In this document: piece by piece, positions 9,780 to 20,403 of the stretch | Layout: every line of letters begins with the position of its first letter | How positions within the stretch are numbered: position 1 is the stretch's first letter | Made by a program: the position numbers and the translations under genes | Notes under the pieces: model-generated | What the model was told of the DNA's origin: nothing | Seen by the model: the letters and a program-made list of their open reading frames with translations, nothing else | Databases searched by the model: none | Source: an uncultured archaeon | GTDB lineage: Archaea > Asgardarchaeota > Lokiarchaeia > Sigyniarchaeales > SOKP01 | Length of the DNA stretch: 64,000 bases | Reading direction: 5' to 3' | Assembly: GCA_964486045.1 (NCBI GenBank) | Contig: CAZALK010000003.1 | Span: 32,001 to 96,000 of the forward strand

Positions 9780-10079
9780 TTAAAGTGACTTTGGCATAAG
9801 AAATATATTTAAACACATCGGACAAGAATTATATTTTAACAGCCAAGAATCTATACATGTAGAATGATATTGACTGTCACAGAATGAGCATTTTATTGTA
9901 TTATATTTACTTGAACTGATGTATTCATGACAAATTGTACATTGAATCTTTAGTTTTGAAGATTTCTCGTTTTTCTTCAACTTAATGCCACAAAAACAAC
10001 AGTAATTTAATTGAGACACATTCAATCCTTGAATTCCTCTCCCACAATTAGGGCAAAAATTAAATTTTGTTAAGGGCAA
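9780..10079 (-). CDS. Zinc ribbon plus RING-type finger; putative E3 ubiquitin ligase
   Basis: CPNCG..CFCG then CTIC...CSFC...YHSTCIDSWL...SCPMC. Confidence 0.75.
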   Translation of the reverse strand: MPLTKFNFCPNCGRGIQGLNVSQLNYCCFCGIKLKKNEKSSKLKIQCTICHEYISSSKYNTIKCSFCDSQYHSTCIDSWLLKYNSCPMCLNIFLMPKSL

Positions 10080-10207
10080 TTTTTAAGCTTCTCATTTTTA
10101 TTCTTTTAATTAACACTTATTAAAAAACCTAAATGAATTTTTTCGAGTCCAATTTTTAATTAAAAAATAGGAAAGAAAGGGAATTTATCTTCGTTCCTTT
10201 TTTCTAC

Positions 10208-10603
10208 TCATTTTTCTTGGAGGATATAGAAATACGCAAAAACAATCAAGAATGCAACAAACATCCCAAAAACCCACCAACCAACAACAGGTCCAGATTC
10301 AATTAACCACCATGCCAATCCCACAATAGCAGATACTAACCATATCAAATCAGTTTGAACAAGAAGTTTAGATTTCTCCCAATCCTTGCTTCTGTATGCA
10401 AGGAAGGAACCACAACCTAAAGCAAGAGATGCTGCACCTATTAATCTTAAAAGACCGTAATCTGCCATAGTAACTCCCACTAAATTACAATATATCTCAG
10501 GAATAAACAAAAAGAAAATACCTAAGATTAATCCTAGTATAAAATGTACAATAAATACAATTTCAAGTCCTTTTAGAAGATCTTTCCCCATTAGTTTTCT
10601 CAC
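10208..10603 (-). CDS. Small 4-TM membrane protein
   Basis: Four hydrophobic segments; RLIGAA motif. Confidence 0.7.
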   Translation of the reverse strand: MRKLMGKDLLKGLEIVFIVHFILGLILGIFFLFIPEIYCNLVGVTMADYGLLRLIGAASLALGCGSFLAYRSKDWEKSKLLVQTDLIWLVSAIVGLAWWLIESGPVVGWWVFGMFVAFLIVFAYFYILQEK

Positions 10604-10715
10604 TTTTAGTTTTAATTTTTTCTAGATAGATTATAATTATACCCTCTGAATTTTTATAGAATTCGTTTTTCATTATAAAAATTCTTCCTAAAGTAGGATA
10701 AAATTCTGAAAAAGG

Positions 10716-11525
10716 TTATTTGTAATTATTGATAAATCTTTTTAATGGATCAATATATTCAACTTCGTAAGAAGAGATATTGTTGTGACCTGCTCCTTTT
10801 ATTAATACAAGTTTCTTCTCGACATCTAAAGGAACATTTTCAAAAATTAATTTTCCTTGACTGTAAGGAATAATCGAATCAAATGTGCCATGAATAACTA
10901 ATACTGGTTTTTTAAATTTTCTTATTCTTGTATCGTTTGAATATTCACTCAAAAATTCGGGTGTTATCTCTGAACCAGAAACACCAAACAATCCAGACAT
11001 CAAATCGTATATACTTGCAAATCCACTTTCAAAAATTACCCCACGTAAACTATCCGGATTGTGTGAGCCAATTTCGGATGCACAAATGCTTCCCAGTGAA
11101 CGTCCAAGAATAAATATTGAATCATTGAAATTATTCTTGATCAGCCATTTATAAAATTCATTATAGATTGGAAGGGCATCCGTAATTAAGCTAGTATAGT
11201 AAGGTTCTCCGCTACTAAATCCATATCCGCGAAAATCAATAACCGCTAAATTAATCCCACATTGAAAGAAGAAATCTTTAAAATATTGATAATCCGCTGC
11301 AATTTCTCCATTTCCATGGAATAATAGAATTGTTGGATAATTTAGATTATTTAAATAAAAAAATCCTCCAATAAGGATATTTTTTTCAATCTGGAGCTTT
11401 AGGGTTTTAATGTTTGGATCTGTCTCATTAGGTACTGGAATTTTCCGCGGATAAAAGACTATATTCGAAACTGCTGGATTATCAATTAATAATTTTCTCA
11501 CCATATATAATACCCTTTTGTTCAA
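10716..11525 (-). CDS. Alpha/beta hydrolase (ABHD13/17-like)
   Basis: LFHGNGE, DFRGYG, GRSLGS nucleophile elbow, IHGTFD, GAGHNN. Confidence 0.9.
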   Translation of the reverse strand: MNKRVLYMVRKLLIDNPAVSNIVFYPRKIPVPNETDPNIKTLKLQIEKNILIGGFFYLNNLNYPTILLFHGNGEIAADYQYFKDFFFQCGINLAVIDFRGYGFSSGEPYYTSLITDALPIYNEFYKWLIKNNFNDSIFILGRSLGSICASEIGSHNPDSLRGVIFESGFASIYDLMSGLFGVSGSEITPEFLSEYSNDTRIRKFKKPVLVIHGTFDSIIPYSQGKLIFENVPLDVEKKLVLIKGAGHNNISSYEVEYIDPLKRFINNYK

Positions 11526-11657
11526 ACTTAAATATCTTTCTTTAATGACTTAGTTATTATGTTTTTTTTTGGAAAATAGTAAAATTTTAAATTAAAAGAA
11601 ATAAAAGATAAACTTACCTTTAAATCCAACTTTAAAGAGAGTAAGGTGTAAATCACT

Positions 11658-11966
11658 ATGGGAATAATAATGATAACTGTTTGGGTTTCTCCCCATGACG
11701 CTATTGAGATGGCGAAATTGTATATGAAACAACCTAGAGAAATACCTTTTGTCACTAAATGGCGTGCTTTCAATACACCAGGCGGATTACACGGTCATAA
11801 ACAATACCACTTAATTTATACAGAAAGGGGAAAAGTAGAAGAAGCCGGTTTGGAGCTTGCTAAATATTTTTTGCCGTTTACGACTAAGATCGAAAGTTTT
11901 CGTTGGCAATCTGAAAGTTTAACAGGGGTAACTGAGACATTTAAATTAATTGGGGAGAATTGGTAG
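11658..11966 (+). CDS. Hypothetical dimeric alpha/beta-barrel-like protein; paralog of 22219..22539
   Basis: Shared pattern I(M/I)xTxxxPxH...KxY...IYxxxxGxxExA...IExY/F. Confidence 0.6.
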   Translation: MGIIMITVWVSPHDAIEMAKLYMKQPREIPFVTKWRAFNTPGGLHGHKQYHLIYTERGKVEEAGLELAKYFLPFTTKIESFRWQSESLTGVTETFKLIGENW

Positions 11967-11996
11967 TAATCTATTTATAAACTTCATTTTTTTTTA

Positions 11997-12554
11997 TTAT
12001 TTGTATCCACGCTTCTTATAGTACAATACTGAAACAGCTATCGTTCCGAGAAGTATCAAAATAAAGGGAGTAAATGAGAAGTTGATACTTGGTTGAAAAT
12101 TATTACTTGTCCAAACTGGATAGCCTGCTGAAATCCAGGCGTTTATAGCACCTAGCATGTTAAAGACTTTTGTAAAATTATGATTACCAGCGAGATTTTG
12201 ACTAGCAACTGCACCCCTAGCCCCTGACCTACAATATACAATTATCTCAGTATCATTATATGGCATCAATTCACCAATTCTTGAATCGATTTGATTGAGA
12301 GGGATCAAGGTTGCGTTATGTAAATGACTTTCATCATATTCGTTTTGTTCTCTAACATCAAGTATAAGCAAATTAGGGTATTGGGTATGGTTGTTTATCA
12401 TGGCATAAGCTGTTTGTACATCAATATCTGTATATGTTGCAGCCTTAACAGAATTTATAGGAATAAACATTAGAAAGGGTATTAACATCCCTAAAAAGAA
12501 TATTGCAACTTCAGTTTTAGTCTTAAAAATCTTTGATTTTTTATTTAACTTCAA
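11997..12554 (-). CDS. Membrane-anchored/exported rhodanese-domain protein
   Basis: ILDVRE..EY..H, active-site YCRSGARG; N-terminal signal and C-terminal TM with basic tail. Confidence 0.85.
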   Translation of the reverse strand: MKLNKKSKIFKTKTEVAIFFLGMLIPFLMFIPINSVKAATYTDIDVQTAYAMINNHTQYPNLLILDVREQNEYDESHLHNATLIPLNQIDSRIGELMPYNDTEIIVYCRSGARGAVASQNLAGNHNFTKVFNMLGAINAWISAGYPVWTSNNFQPSINFSFTPFILILLGTIAVSVLYYKKRGYK

Positions 12555-12690
12555 TTTTAATGCTCCCTACTATAATTGAGTTTTAGGGTCATCTATTTTA
12601 GGAAATAACGATATAGAATTTTAACTCTTTTCTTAATTTTTATAAACTTCTTATCAATAATTTTTATATAAATAAAGAATTTAAATTGCT

Positions 12691-13437
12691 TTATTGTGCT
12701 TTTCCTTGATCTGCTACAGCTTTAATTGCTTCTTCAACTTTTTCAGAGTCCGCAAGGTAATAGTGATTAATTGGTTTTAACTGATCATCTAACTCATAGA
12801 TTAAAGGTATTCCAGTTGGGATATTTAATTTAATTATTTCTTCTTCAGGGACGTTATCAAGATATTTAACGAGAGCACGTAAACTATTCCCATGTGCAGA
12901 AACTAAAATTTTTTTTCCTGACTTTATTGTCGGTGCAATTACTTCATGCCAATATGGTAAAACTCTTTCAACTGTATCTTTCAAACACTCAGAAAGAGGG
13001 ATTTCATCTGCTGTTAATCCTTTATATCTAATATCATTCCCCGGGTATCTTGGATCACTTGTTTTAAGTACAGGAGGAGGTACGTCATAACTTCTTCGCC
13101 ATATAAGCACTTGTTCCTCACCCATCTCTGCTGCTAATTTTGCTTTATATAAACCTTGCAAAGCACCATAATGCCTTTCGTTCAATCTCCATGCACGATG
13201 TACAGGTATCCACATTAAATCCATCTTATCTAACACAATCCATAGTGTTCTTATTCCTCTTTTTAGAACCGAAGTAAATGCTATATCGAAGGAATATCCT
13301 TCTTTTTTAAATTGTTGAGCTGCTTCTTTCGCCTCTTGAATACCTTTTTCTGAAAGATCTACATCAGTCCAACCGGTGAATCTGTTTTCCTTATTCCAAA
13401 TACTTTCCCCATGTCTTAAAAGAACAAGTTTATACAT
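12691..13437 (-). CDS. gpmA: 2,3-bisphosphoglycerate-dependent phosphoglycerate mutase
   Basis: [52 protein letters not shown]. Confidence 0.97.
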   Translation of the reverse strand: MYKLVLLRHGESIWNKENRFTGWTDVDLSEKGIQEAKEAAQQFKKEGYSFDIAFTSVLKRGIRTLWIVLDKMDLMWIPVHRAWRLNERHYGALQGLYKAKLAAEMGEEQVLIWRRSYDVPPPVLKTSDPRYPGNDIRYKGLTADEIPLSECLKDTVERVLPYWHEVIAPTIKSGKKILVSAHGNSLRALVKYLDNVPEEEIIKLNIPTGIPLIYELDDQLKPINHYYLADSEKVEEAIKAVADQGKAQ

Positions 13438-13558
13438 TTTATATCAATTTTGTATTATAGTTATCGCATTATTTGAATATCTTAAAACTTAATATTTATC
13501 TCTTTACTTTTTATATAATTAAAAAAGAAGATAAAACAAAATTCTAAGATGGTTTGAG

Positions 13559-14242
13559 ATGAAAGAAGGAGGAATATTAAAGGGAGCAGATCGTAGAGAA
13601 AAAAATTGGAATAGAATCAAATTTGGTGAACCCTTTAAAAAAGCGCTTGATCGCTTTAGGGAGGAGGTTCTTAAAAGAGAGGACTTTGATCCGACAGCAC
13701 TTTTGCAGTTTGGGCTTTTTATGAGTAAAGCTGTTATAAATATTTTATTAGAAAATGAATCAAGATTTGGTGTGAAGGGTCAACAGGCAGTTAATGATGC
13801 TTTAATTAAAACAGGATATGATATTGGAAAACAAATTATGGATGGTGTAGAGATTCCTTCGGATGTATCCCCAATTGAGCTAATAAGTTATTTCGCAACT
13901 ATTGTTAATACCCAAATTTGGGCTTCAATTGAAGAGCCAACAATAGATAATGAAGAAAAATGTTCGTTCAATATTTTATGGTGCCCACTTCAAGATGTCT
14001 ATAAAGCTTTTGATTGTCGAGTTCAACGATATTTAGTACAAGGATGTATCAATGCATTTCGGGATTTGAATCCCATAAAGATTGATCATCAAGTAGAATT
14101 TACACAAACCATACCATCTGGAGCAGATTTCTGTCGATTTATCATTGGATGCAAAAATCCAGGTGATAATGATAAGTGGGAGATTTATTCGCGAATTTTA
14201 GAAGAAGAAGCACTTAAGAGAATGGAAGATTGGAAGAAATAG
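13559..14242 (+). CDS. V4R / L-2-amino-thiazoline-4-carboxylate hydrolase-like protein
   Basis: WCPL...DC...TQTIPSGADFCRF Cys pattern. Confidence 0.6.
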   Translation: MKEGGILKGADRREKNWNRIKFGEPFKKALDRFREEVLKREDFDPTALLQFGLFMSKAVINILLENESRFGVKGQQAVNDALIKTGYDIGKQIMDGVEIPSDVSPIELISYFATIVNTQIWASIEEPTIDNEEKCSFNILWCPLQDVYKAFDCRVQRYLVQGCINAFRDLNPIKIDHQVEFTQTIPSGADFCRFIIGCKNPGDNDKWEIYSRILEEEALKRMEDWKK

Positions 14243-14296
14243 TATTAATAAAACACGCAATAGTAGGAGGAAAATTAAGATTTAACAAAGGAGTTA

Positions 14297-14668
14297 TTAT
14301 TCCATTTTAAAATCTTCAATAAGTTTTATGTTTTTATTAAGATCGATTGTAATTGCAAGAAATTTTGGTTCTTCCTCTTCCTCTTCTTTTGGGTCAAGCA
14401 TCACAAAGTAAAATCGATTTTCTTCCAATTCATACCCTACTTCCAACTCACCGCAATTGTCTGGCAAAACCTTCTTTAAGTCTTCCGTTGCATTTTCTTT
14501 AAGAATATCATAAATAGAATCTTCAACTTTATTTTGTTTAGCTCTTATTTCCTTGATGTTAGTAAAATCGAATTGTCCAAGAGATTCCTGGACTTTAAGA
14601 TTTAATTCGTTCCAGTCATGAAATAAATCTTTTATATTAAGTTTTGATCCCATATTATATGATTTCAT
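14297..14668 (-). CDS. Hypothetical acidic protein
   Basis: 123-aa ORF, no recognised motif. Confidence 0.6.
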   Translation of the reverse strand: MKSYNMGSKLNIKDLFHDWNELNLKVQESLGQFDFTNIKEIRAKQNKVEDSIYDILKENATEDLKKVLPDNCGELEVGYELEENRFYFVMLDPKEEEEEEPKFLAITIDLNKNIKLIEDFKME

Positions 14669-14763
14669 TTGAATAAAATAAAACTTCTTATTACTATGGA
14701 AATAAATAAGAATTGAAAAATTGGTATTAAAATCTAAAATTAACTAAAAAAAGTGGTTATAAA

Positions 14764-15339
14764 GTGGAACTCGAACTCCCTGAACCTTTATTTAAAGGAA
14801 AGAAAAGTCTTGAAGAATGTATTAATAAACGTGAGAGTGTTAGAAAATATCGAGATCAAGAAATTGAGATTGAAAAAATTTCCCAGATTCTATGGGCGGC
14901 TCAGGGGAAAAAAGGTCAAAAAAGGACGGTACCCTCAGCTGGAGCAACATACCCCTTAGAGATTTATGTCGTACTAAAGAAAAAAGGATATTATCATTAT
15001 GATATCGAGAATCATAGGTTAAAGTTAATTACTGAAGAAGACATTATCCTCAGGTTAGTAGAAGAGTCTTGGAATCAAAATTTCATAGAAGACGCATATT
15101 TAAATATATTAATCTGTGCTGATTATTCGAGGACTACTATAAGGTATGGTGAAAGAGGGATGAGATATGTGTATATGGAAGTAGGGCACTGTGCTCAGAA
15201 TATTCATCTAGAAGCTATTGCTTTAGGTTTAGTTTCGGTTCCGATTGGTGCGTTTCAAGATCAACATGTAAAAAAAGTGATGAATCTCCCTACTAATATT
15301 AATCCACTTTACATAATTCCAATAGGTTATCCCCGATAA
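14764..15339 (+). CDS. SagB/ThcOx-family nitroreductase-like dehydrogenase
   Basis: RESVRKY, RTVPSAGATYPLEIY, EVGHCAQNIHL, IGAF. Confidence 0.9.
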   Translation: MELELPEPLFKGKKSLEECINKRESVRKYRDQEIEIEKISQILWAAQGKKGQKRTVPSAGATYPLEIYVVLKKKGYYHYDIENHRLKLITEEDIILRLVEESWNQNFIEDAYLNILICADYSRTTIRYGERGMRYVYMEVGHCAQNIHLEAIALGLVSVPIGAFQDQHVKKVMNLPTNINPLYIIPIGYPR

Positions 15340-15368
15340 GTTCATTACTGAAATTTTTCTATGAAAAC

Positions 15369-15542
15369 TTAATATGAACGCTGCAATTCGTATTCCTCAT
15401 TTTTAAGAGTAAGTAACATGGCTTTTGGGATGAATCCATTGTGTTGTACATGTCCCATATATTTCATTCCTATTCTTTCTGCTACTTTCCAGCCACGTGT
15501 ATTATCTGGGTGTATATATGCAAATGCATCTATAAATTCTAA
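15369..15542 (-). pseudogene. 3' fragment of a RimJ-type GNAT acetyltransferase
   Basis: Manual translation EFIDAFAYIHPDNTRGWKVAERIGMKYMG...Y*; bounded upstream by an in-frame TGA, no start. Confidence 0.65.
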
Positions 15543-15919
15543 TCAATTACAGTAAAAATTACCTTTGACCAACTATTTGACACATCAAATCTAGCTGGAT
15601 CGGTCACTTGTGAAGTATTATTGTAGATATCAGTTGCTTTATATTAAAAAAAGAAATTCTACGACATATTTCATTTAATTACAAACCTCTTTGTATTGAT
15701 ATTTTACTAATAAACTAAGTGGAGAGAAGAAAAAATTCTGCAAAGCAAGGTGAATTTATAAAAATGTCATATTGTTATAAATTATTTTATGAAAAATAAG
15801 TAGAATAACTAAATTATACTAGATAATATAAACCAATTTGATAAATAGGAACAAACCCTTGTTATCCATAGATTCAAATTCTTATTATAGAGAAATTAAA
15901 ATTAAAAGAGATAAGAAAT

Positions 15920-16144
15920 ATGGTAGAAAAAACTGTTGACTATACAGGTTTCAGATGTCCTATTCCCGTCTTAAAAACCAAAAAAGAATTAAAAAATTTA
16001 ACTTCCGGACAAATTATCGAGGTAATTTCAGATGATATCGGTTCTAAGAAAGATATTCCCGCAATGTTGAAGAAGACCGGGGATGAATTAATTGAAATAA
16101 GGGAAGAAGATAAGAGTTTAATTTTTAAAATTAAAAAAACATAA
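15920..16144 (+). CDS. tusA: Sulfurtransferase TusA family
   Basis: DYTGFRCPIP, EVISDD...DIP. Confidence 0.9.
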   Translation: MVEKTVDYTGFRCPIPVLKTKKELKNLTSGQIIEVISDDIGSKKDIPAMLKKTGDELIEIREEDKSLIFKIKKT

Positions 16145-16158
16145 ACGATGAGAATATT

Positions 16159-16581
16159 ATGGTTATGAAAAAAATGAATTATATTGTAAAGGATCACTCA
16201 TTCGAGAAATTCGCAATGATGGCGATTCTTGGAAGCTCTGCGGATGCTATGGATATAGAAATGCATTTTTTCTGTACATTTTGGGGACTGAAACTCTTAA
16301 AAAAGAATTTCAAGCCAAAAGCAAGGGGTATGCCTTTTCCTATGAAAGGTATGGGCGCGAAGATGTTTAAAAAAAGATTAAAAAAAGGTGGAATAGATAG
16401 TCTATTGGATTTAATTAAGGACGCTGTAGAAAATGGGAGTATGAAACTTTATCCTTGCACAACTACGATGGATTTAATGAAAATTAAAAGAGAAGACTTA
16501 TTTGACTTTGTAGAAGAACCAATTGGAGCTGCTGGTTTCTTAGAAATTTGTGATGATGCTGATGCAGTTATCTCATTGTAA
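16159..16581 (+). CDS. DsrE/DsrF/DrsH-like (DsrE2) sulfur-relay protein
   Basis: FFCTFWGL, YPCTTTMDLM, GAAGFLE; adjacent to TusA. Confidence 0.85.
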   Translation: MVMKKMNYIVKDHSFEKFAMMAILGSSADAMDIEMHFFCTFWGLKLLKKNFKPKARGMPFPMKGMGAKMFKKRLKKGGIDSLLDLIKDAVENGSMKLYPCTTTMDLMKIKREDLFDFVEEPIGAAGFLEICDDADAVISL

Positions 16582-16605
16582 ACCAATCTTATTCTTAAAT
16601 CAACT

Positions 16606-16755
16606 TTTTATATTCAAAACGGGAAATTTAGTCAAAGTCTAGTCCTTTGTGAGAAATTCCGGGCAACAACTAAAGAGCTTTACAATAATCGACTGATCTC
16701 AGCAAATAATACTTATATTGCCGATGTTTAAAGAATAACTAGAGAATTAAATCAT
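16606..16755 (+). pseudogene. Degenerate TPR-repeat remnant
   Basis: FYIQNGKFSQSLVLCEKFRATTKELYNNRLISANNTYIADV*RITRELNH follows TPR helix spacing; internal stop. Confidence 0.35.
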
Positions 16756-16836
16756 TGTAATAAAGGAGATACCAGATACAAATGACTTAATGAATTTCTG
16801 ATTGATTAAATTATTACATCTACGAGCGAAAAAGTA

Positions 16837-17805
16837 ATGAGCTTAACTTCGAAAGTTGAGAGAAAACCAGAAATTATTGCCTATATTTTATTACTCTTAA
16901 CTGTAGTTATCTGGGGAGGAACTTGGCCATTAGGAAGATGGTTAGTTTCTGAGGAAGTCGGGGGAATGACAATCCCACCACTAATGATTGCAGTGATTCG
17001 CTATTTTTTAGCATTAATTTGTTTTTTTCTCATTCTAAAATTTAAAGAAGGAACTTTGAACTGGAGTTTTGTAAAAGAAAATTGGAGGATTTTGACCTTG
17101 ATGGGGTTTTTGTCAGTAGCAGTTTATCAAGCAGGCTATCTTATCGGTGAAATCTTTACAGCAGCGAGTGATGCAAGTATTATGATCGCAACAAACGCCA
17201 TTTGGGTTGTAATTCTTTCGAGTAAATTCTTAAAAACAGAATTTTTTACATGGAGAAAAGTTACTGGAACACTATTAGCATTCATAGCTGTCATCATCGT
17301 TGTGGGGTTCTCTCCTAATGTAGATGTCCCAAATCGAATTTTTGGAGATATTTTAATACTTGCTGCAGCATTTTCCTACGCTGTATATTCAGTAATTTCA
17401 CGATATTTTTTGAATAGAGCCAAAAACAAGGCTGAATCTTATCAACCAAGTTCTTTATGGATAATTACCTGGGTATCCTTTTTTGGTTTTATAATAACTA
17501 CACCTATAGCATTACTAGTAAGTCCGGAATATCTTAATCCATTAGAGTATTTAAGCATTCCACCTCGAGTGTGGATTGGAGTAGCATATCTGGCATTTTT
17601 TTCTACAGTAGGGGCATACACCTTCTATTTGGAAGGGATAAAGCGTTTAAATGCTAGTAGAGCCGCAATTTTCCTAACTTTAGTCCCATTATTTGGAGTG
17701 GTTTTCTCTACCATATTCTTAGGGGAAAAATTCGATGTTTTCATTTATCCTCTCGCGTTAATACTTGTAGTTTTAGGGATAAGTATTGTAAATCGAGATT
17801 CTTGA
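16837..17805 (+). CDS. DMT/EamA-family transporter
   Basis: IWGGTW, two EamA halves, VPLFGVVFS.IFLGE. Confidence 0.9.
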   Translation: MSLTSKVERKPEIIAYILLLLTVVIWGGTWPLGRWLVSEEVGGMTIPPLMIAVIRYFLALICFFLILKFKEGTLNWSFVKENWRILTLMGFLSVAVYQAGYLIGEIFTAASDASIMIATNAIWVVILSSKFLKTEFFTWRKVTGTLLAFIAVIIVVGFSPNVDVPNRIFGDILILAAAFSYAVYSVISRYFLNRAKNKAESYQPSSLWIITWVSFFGFIITTPIALLVSPEYLNPLEYLSIPPRVWIGVAYLAFFSTVGAYTFYLEGIKRLNASRAAIFLTLVPLFGVVFSTIFLGEKFDVFIYPLALILVVLGISIVNRDS

Positions 17806-17880
17806 CATATTAGATTCAATAATCTTCTATCAATAGTTAAAAAGAAACAACTTCAAATAAAAAAAAACAATTATTTAGTT

Positions 17881-18006
17881 ATGACAGAAGTAATTTTAGA
17901 AATGGGGAATTGTGAAGAATGTCGGTCCGAGATAAACCTCGCTGAAGCGTGGAGAGTTGACGAGAAATACTATTGTCAAAGTTGTTTTGAGAATTTGGGA
18001 TTTTAA
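17881..18006 (+). CDS. 41-aa single zinc-finger microprotein (below ORF-track cutoff)
   Basis: MTEVILEMGNCEECRSEINLAEAWRVDEKYYCQSCFENLGF*; CxxC-x17-CxxC. Confidence 0.7.
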   Translation: MTEVILEMGNCEECRSEINLAEAWRVDEKYYCQSCFENLGF

Positions 18007-18371
18007 TTAATTTGCCTTAAATCTTAAGTTTTTTATATCCCTTTTGCAACTTGAAAATTTCATAAGATTTCATTCAAATTTGTTTTGGTATTTCAGTTTT
18101 GGTATTATTCATAGACAATAACAACAGAAAAATATTTTATAATTAATTTTATTCTCTTTATTTCAATTTTTAGGTTAATCTAATTTTAGAATTAGCTTAA
18201 TTATATATTAGCTCAATAGTTTGTTAATTATACTCGTTAGGATATTCCTCATTCTATTTATCTTCATATAAACTTTAAATTAATTTGTAGCTAAGTTGTA
18301 TATATTAGAAAAAGTTTTCAATATTATCATAATACTATCATCTTAAAAAGCAGAATGTAATAGTAATTTTT

Positions 18372-19106
18372 ATGGAATATATTTCAGATTCTTTTGAAAA
18401 AGCTAAGAAGTCGGAAAGTGTAGAAATAATCAACGATTTTCTAATAAAATTAGGGAAAAATCCTAAACCAGATTACTTAGAATTTATAAAATATTTTATT
18501 AATGAAACAGAAGAAGATATACATGAGAAGATAAAGTTAAATTTAGTATATGCTTTGGGGGAAATTGGTAGCTTAACAAAGATCACTGATAATTACTTAC
18601 AAAAATTAATAAATATTTATTATACATCTGATCGGTGGGTTAGAAATGAAATAATTCAGGCGATTAAAAAAATCTCCAAGAAATCAAAACTAAATGAAAG
18701 TATCATTGGCCTACTAGGAATTGCATTAAATGATGATTATCTTCCCATAAAATTGAGCGCTTTGGAGGTTTTAAGAAATTTTAAGATCTTCCCTAATTCT
18801 ATTTTAAGGAATTTTTTTCAAGTCTTAAACTCAAAGGAATCAGAAATCTTAGATTTATGCAGAAGATTACTGAAAAGTGTTTCATTAGAAACTCAAAGTA
18901 TATTTGAATCGCTAAATTCTTCTGACAATTATAAGATTCTTAAAACTCGAGCAATTAGATCTCTACTATTAATAAACTTTGAGTCAATATTCAATTTGGA
19001 ATCGTTTAGAGAGAAAATTTTCAATTCTGGGTGGGATAATAGCTTTAAAGAGAACTATTTAACACAAATAGACACATTTCAGAGAATCCTCCTAAAAACT
19101 CTGTGA
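18372..19106 (+). CDS. HEAT/ARM-repeat protein
   Basis: VYALGEIG, DRWVRNEIIQAI, LNDDYLPIKLSALEVL. Confidence 0.75.
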   Translation: MEYISDSFEKAKKSESVEIINDFLIKLGKNPKPDYLEFIKYFINETEEDIHEKIKLNLVYALGEIGSLTKITDNYLQKLINIYYTSDRWVRNEIIQAIKKISKKSKLNESIIGLLGIALNDDYLPIKLSALEVLRNFKIFPNSILRNFFQVLNSKESEILDLCRRLLKSVSLETQSIFESLNSSDNYKILKTRAIRSLLLINFESIFNLESFREKIFNSGWDNSFKENYLTQIDTFQRILLKTL

Positions 19107-19121
19107 ATTATATCATAATTA

Positions 19122-20384
19122 TCATTGATAATTTTCAAGTGTATCTTCTAATTTTTCATTTGATACTATGATTTCATTAAAAATCTTAATCAGATATTTT
19201 ATCACTTCTCGTGGATTACCCCTTGCTTCTCTAAAAATATATTTTAAAACATTCTCATTTAAAGGGAAGAAAGAATTTGAGAAAAATTTAGGATATTCAT
19301 GGTAATTAACATTCGCAAAAAATATTTCTAAATTTTCTTTATAAAATTGAAACAAATCTTCTTCTATGAAATCTGACATGACTAGCGGTTTTTTCAGCAT
19401 AATAAGTAGTTTCCTATTCTTTTCCCCAATCTTCTTTTTTAATTCTTCAATAGCTTCAATGGATTTGAAAGTGATAATTATTTTTAAACCTCTTATTTTG
19501 TGTAACTCAAGGATTTTATCTAGAATTTTCTCTGCAGAGTATTTTTCTGGAACTTGCTTAATTCCAAACCATCTAGGATCAAAGACCTCCTCAATATCTT
19601 CAGTTAGTTCAACACTCTCATACATTGGCTTTTGAATTGGAAGAACTTTTTCAAAATCATCTAAAAATAACAAACTTTTCTTGTGTGAATTCTCAATAAA
19701 TACTCTTAACATTGTGAATGCGTGACTTCTTTTTCTAAGATCATGTTTTATATTCAATCTAGAAAGGTCTTTAACATCCATCAACTCACCAATAAGCCAT
19801 TGTTCCGCTTTAAATTTCTTGTAAGGCTCTAATTGATGAGCTGTAATTGCTGTAATCACATCTTTTAAGGCATCTTTATCCTCATATCTCCGGGACCATT
19901 TTTTAAATGCAGATTCCTTCGTTTTCTCTAAATTTGATATTTGAAAAAACCCAAATTTTCGCTCTTGTGGCCCCCATTTATTACATAATTGTTTTGTCAT
20001 ATTTCTTAATGGTTCCATCCTGTCCTCTGAATCAATCTTATCATACGATACGGCCATACTTTCGATGAATTCTGAGTAAGTTCTAAAATAAAATTTCTTA
20101 TAAACAGTTTCTAAAGAAATATAAACCGTATTGTAATCATATAATATGTTCTTTAGTGCCCAATATAAGTGTGTTTTTCCTTGACCCACTTCCCCTATTA
20201 TCGGTAAAATAAAGTTTTCATTCCCTTTAACGATAGTAACAATATTCCGTAAAAAATCTTTCCTTGATTGAACTAATCCAATATCTTCCCTAATTTCCCC
20301 TGTACTTACGAACTTTTTAAACGGGGATCCAATAAATTTCAGTGTATTAATTAATTTCTGTTCTTTGTTTTCAAGTAGAAGCAT
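19122..20384 (-). CDS. P-loop AAA+-type ATPase (BrxD/DUF2791-like)
   Basis: Walker A GEVGQGKT, Walker B LLFLDD, AEQWLIGE, C-terminal GNPREVI. Confidence 0.7.
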   Translation of the reverse strand: MLLLENKEQKLINTLKFIGSPFKKFVSTGEIREDIGLVQSRKDFLRNIVTIVKGNENFILPIIGEVGQGKTHLYWALKNILYDYNTVYISLETVYKKFYFRTYSEFIESMAVSYDKIDSEDRMEPLRNMTKQLCNKWGPQERKFGFFQISNLEKTKESAFKKWSRRYEDKDALKDVITAITAHQLEPYKKFKAEQWLIGELMDVKDLSRLNIKHDLRKRSHAFTMLRVFIENSHKKSLLFLDDFEKVLPIQKPMYESVELTEDIEEVFDPRWFGIKQVPEKYSAEKILDKILELHKIRGLKIIITFKSIEAIEELKKKIGEKNRKLLIMLKKPLVMSDFIEEDLFQFYKENLEIFFANVNYHEYPKFFSNSFFPLNENVLKYIFREARGNPREVIKYLIKIFNEIIVSNEKLEDTLENYQ

Positions 20385-20403
20385 ATTTATGATTATGGTG
20401 TGT

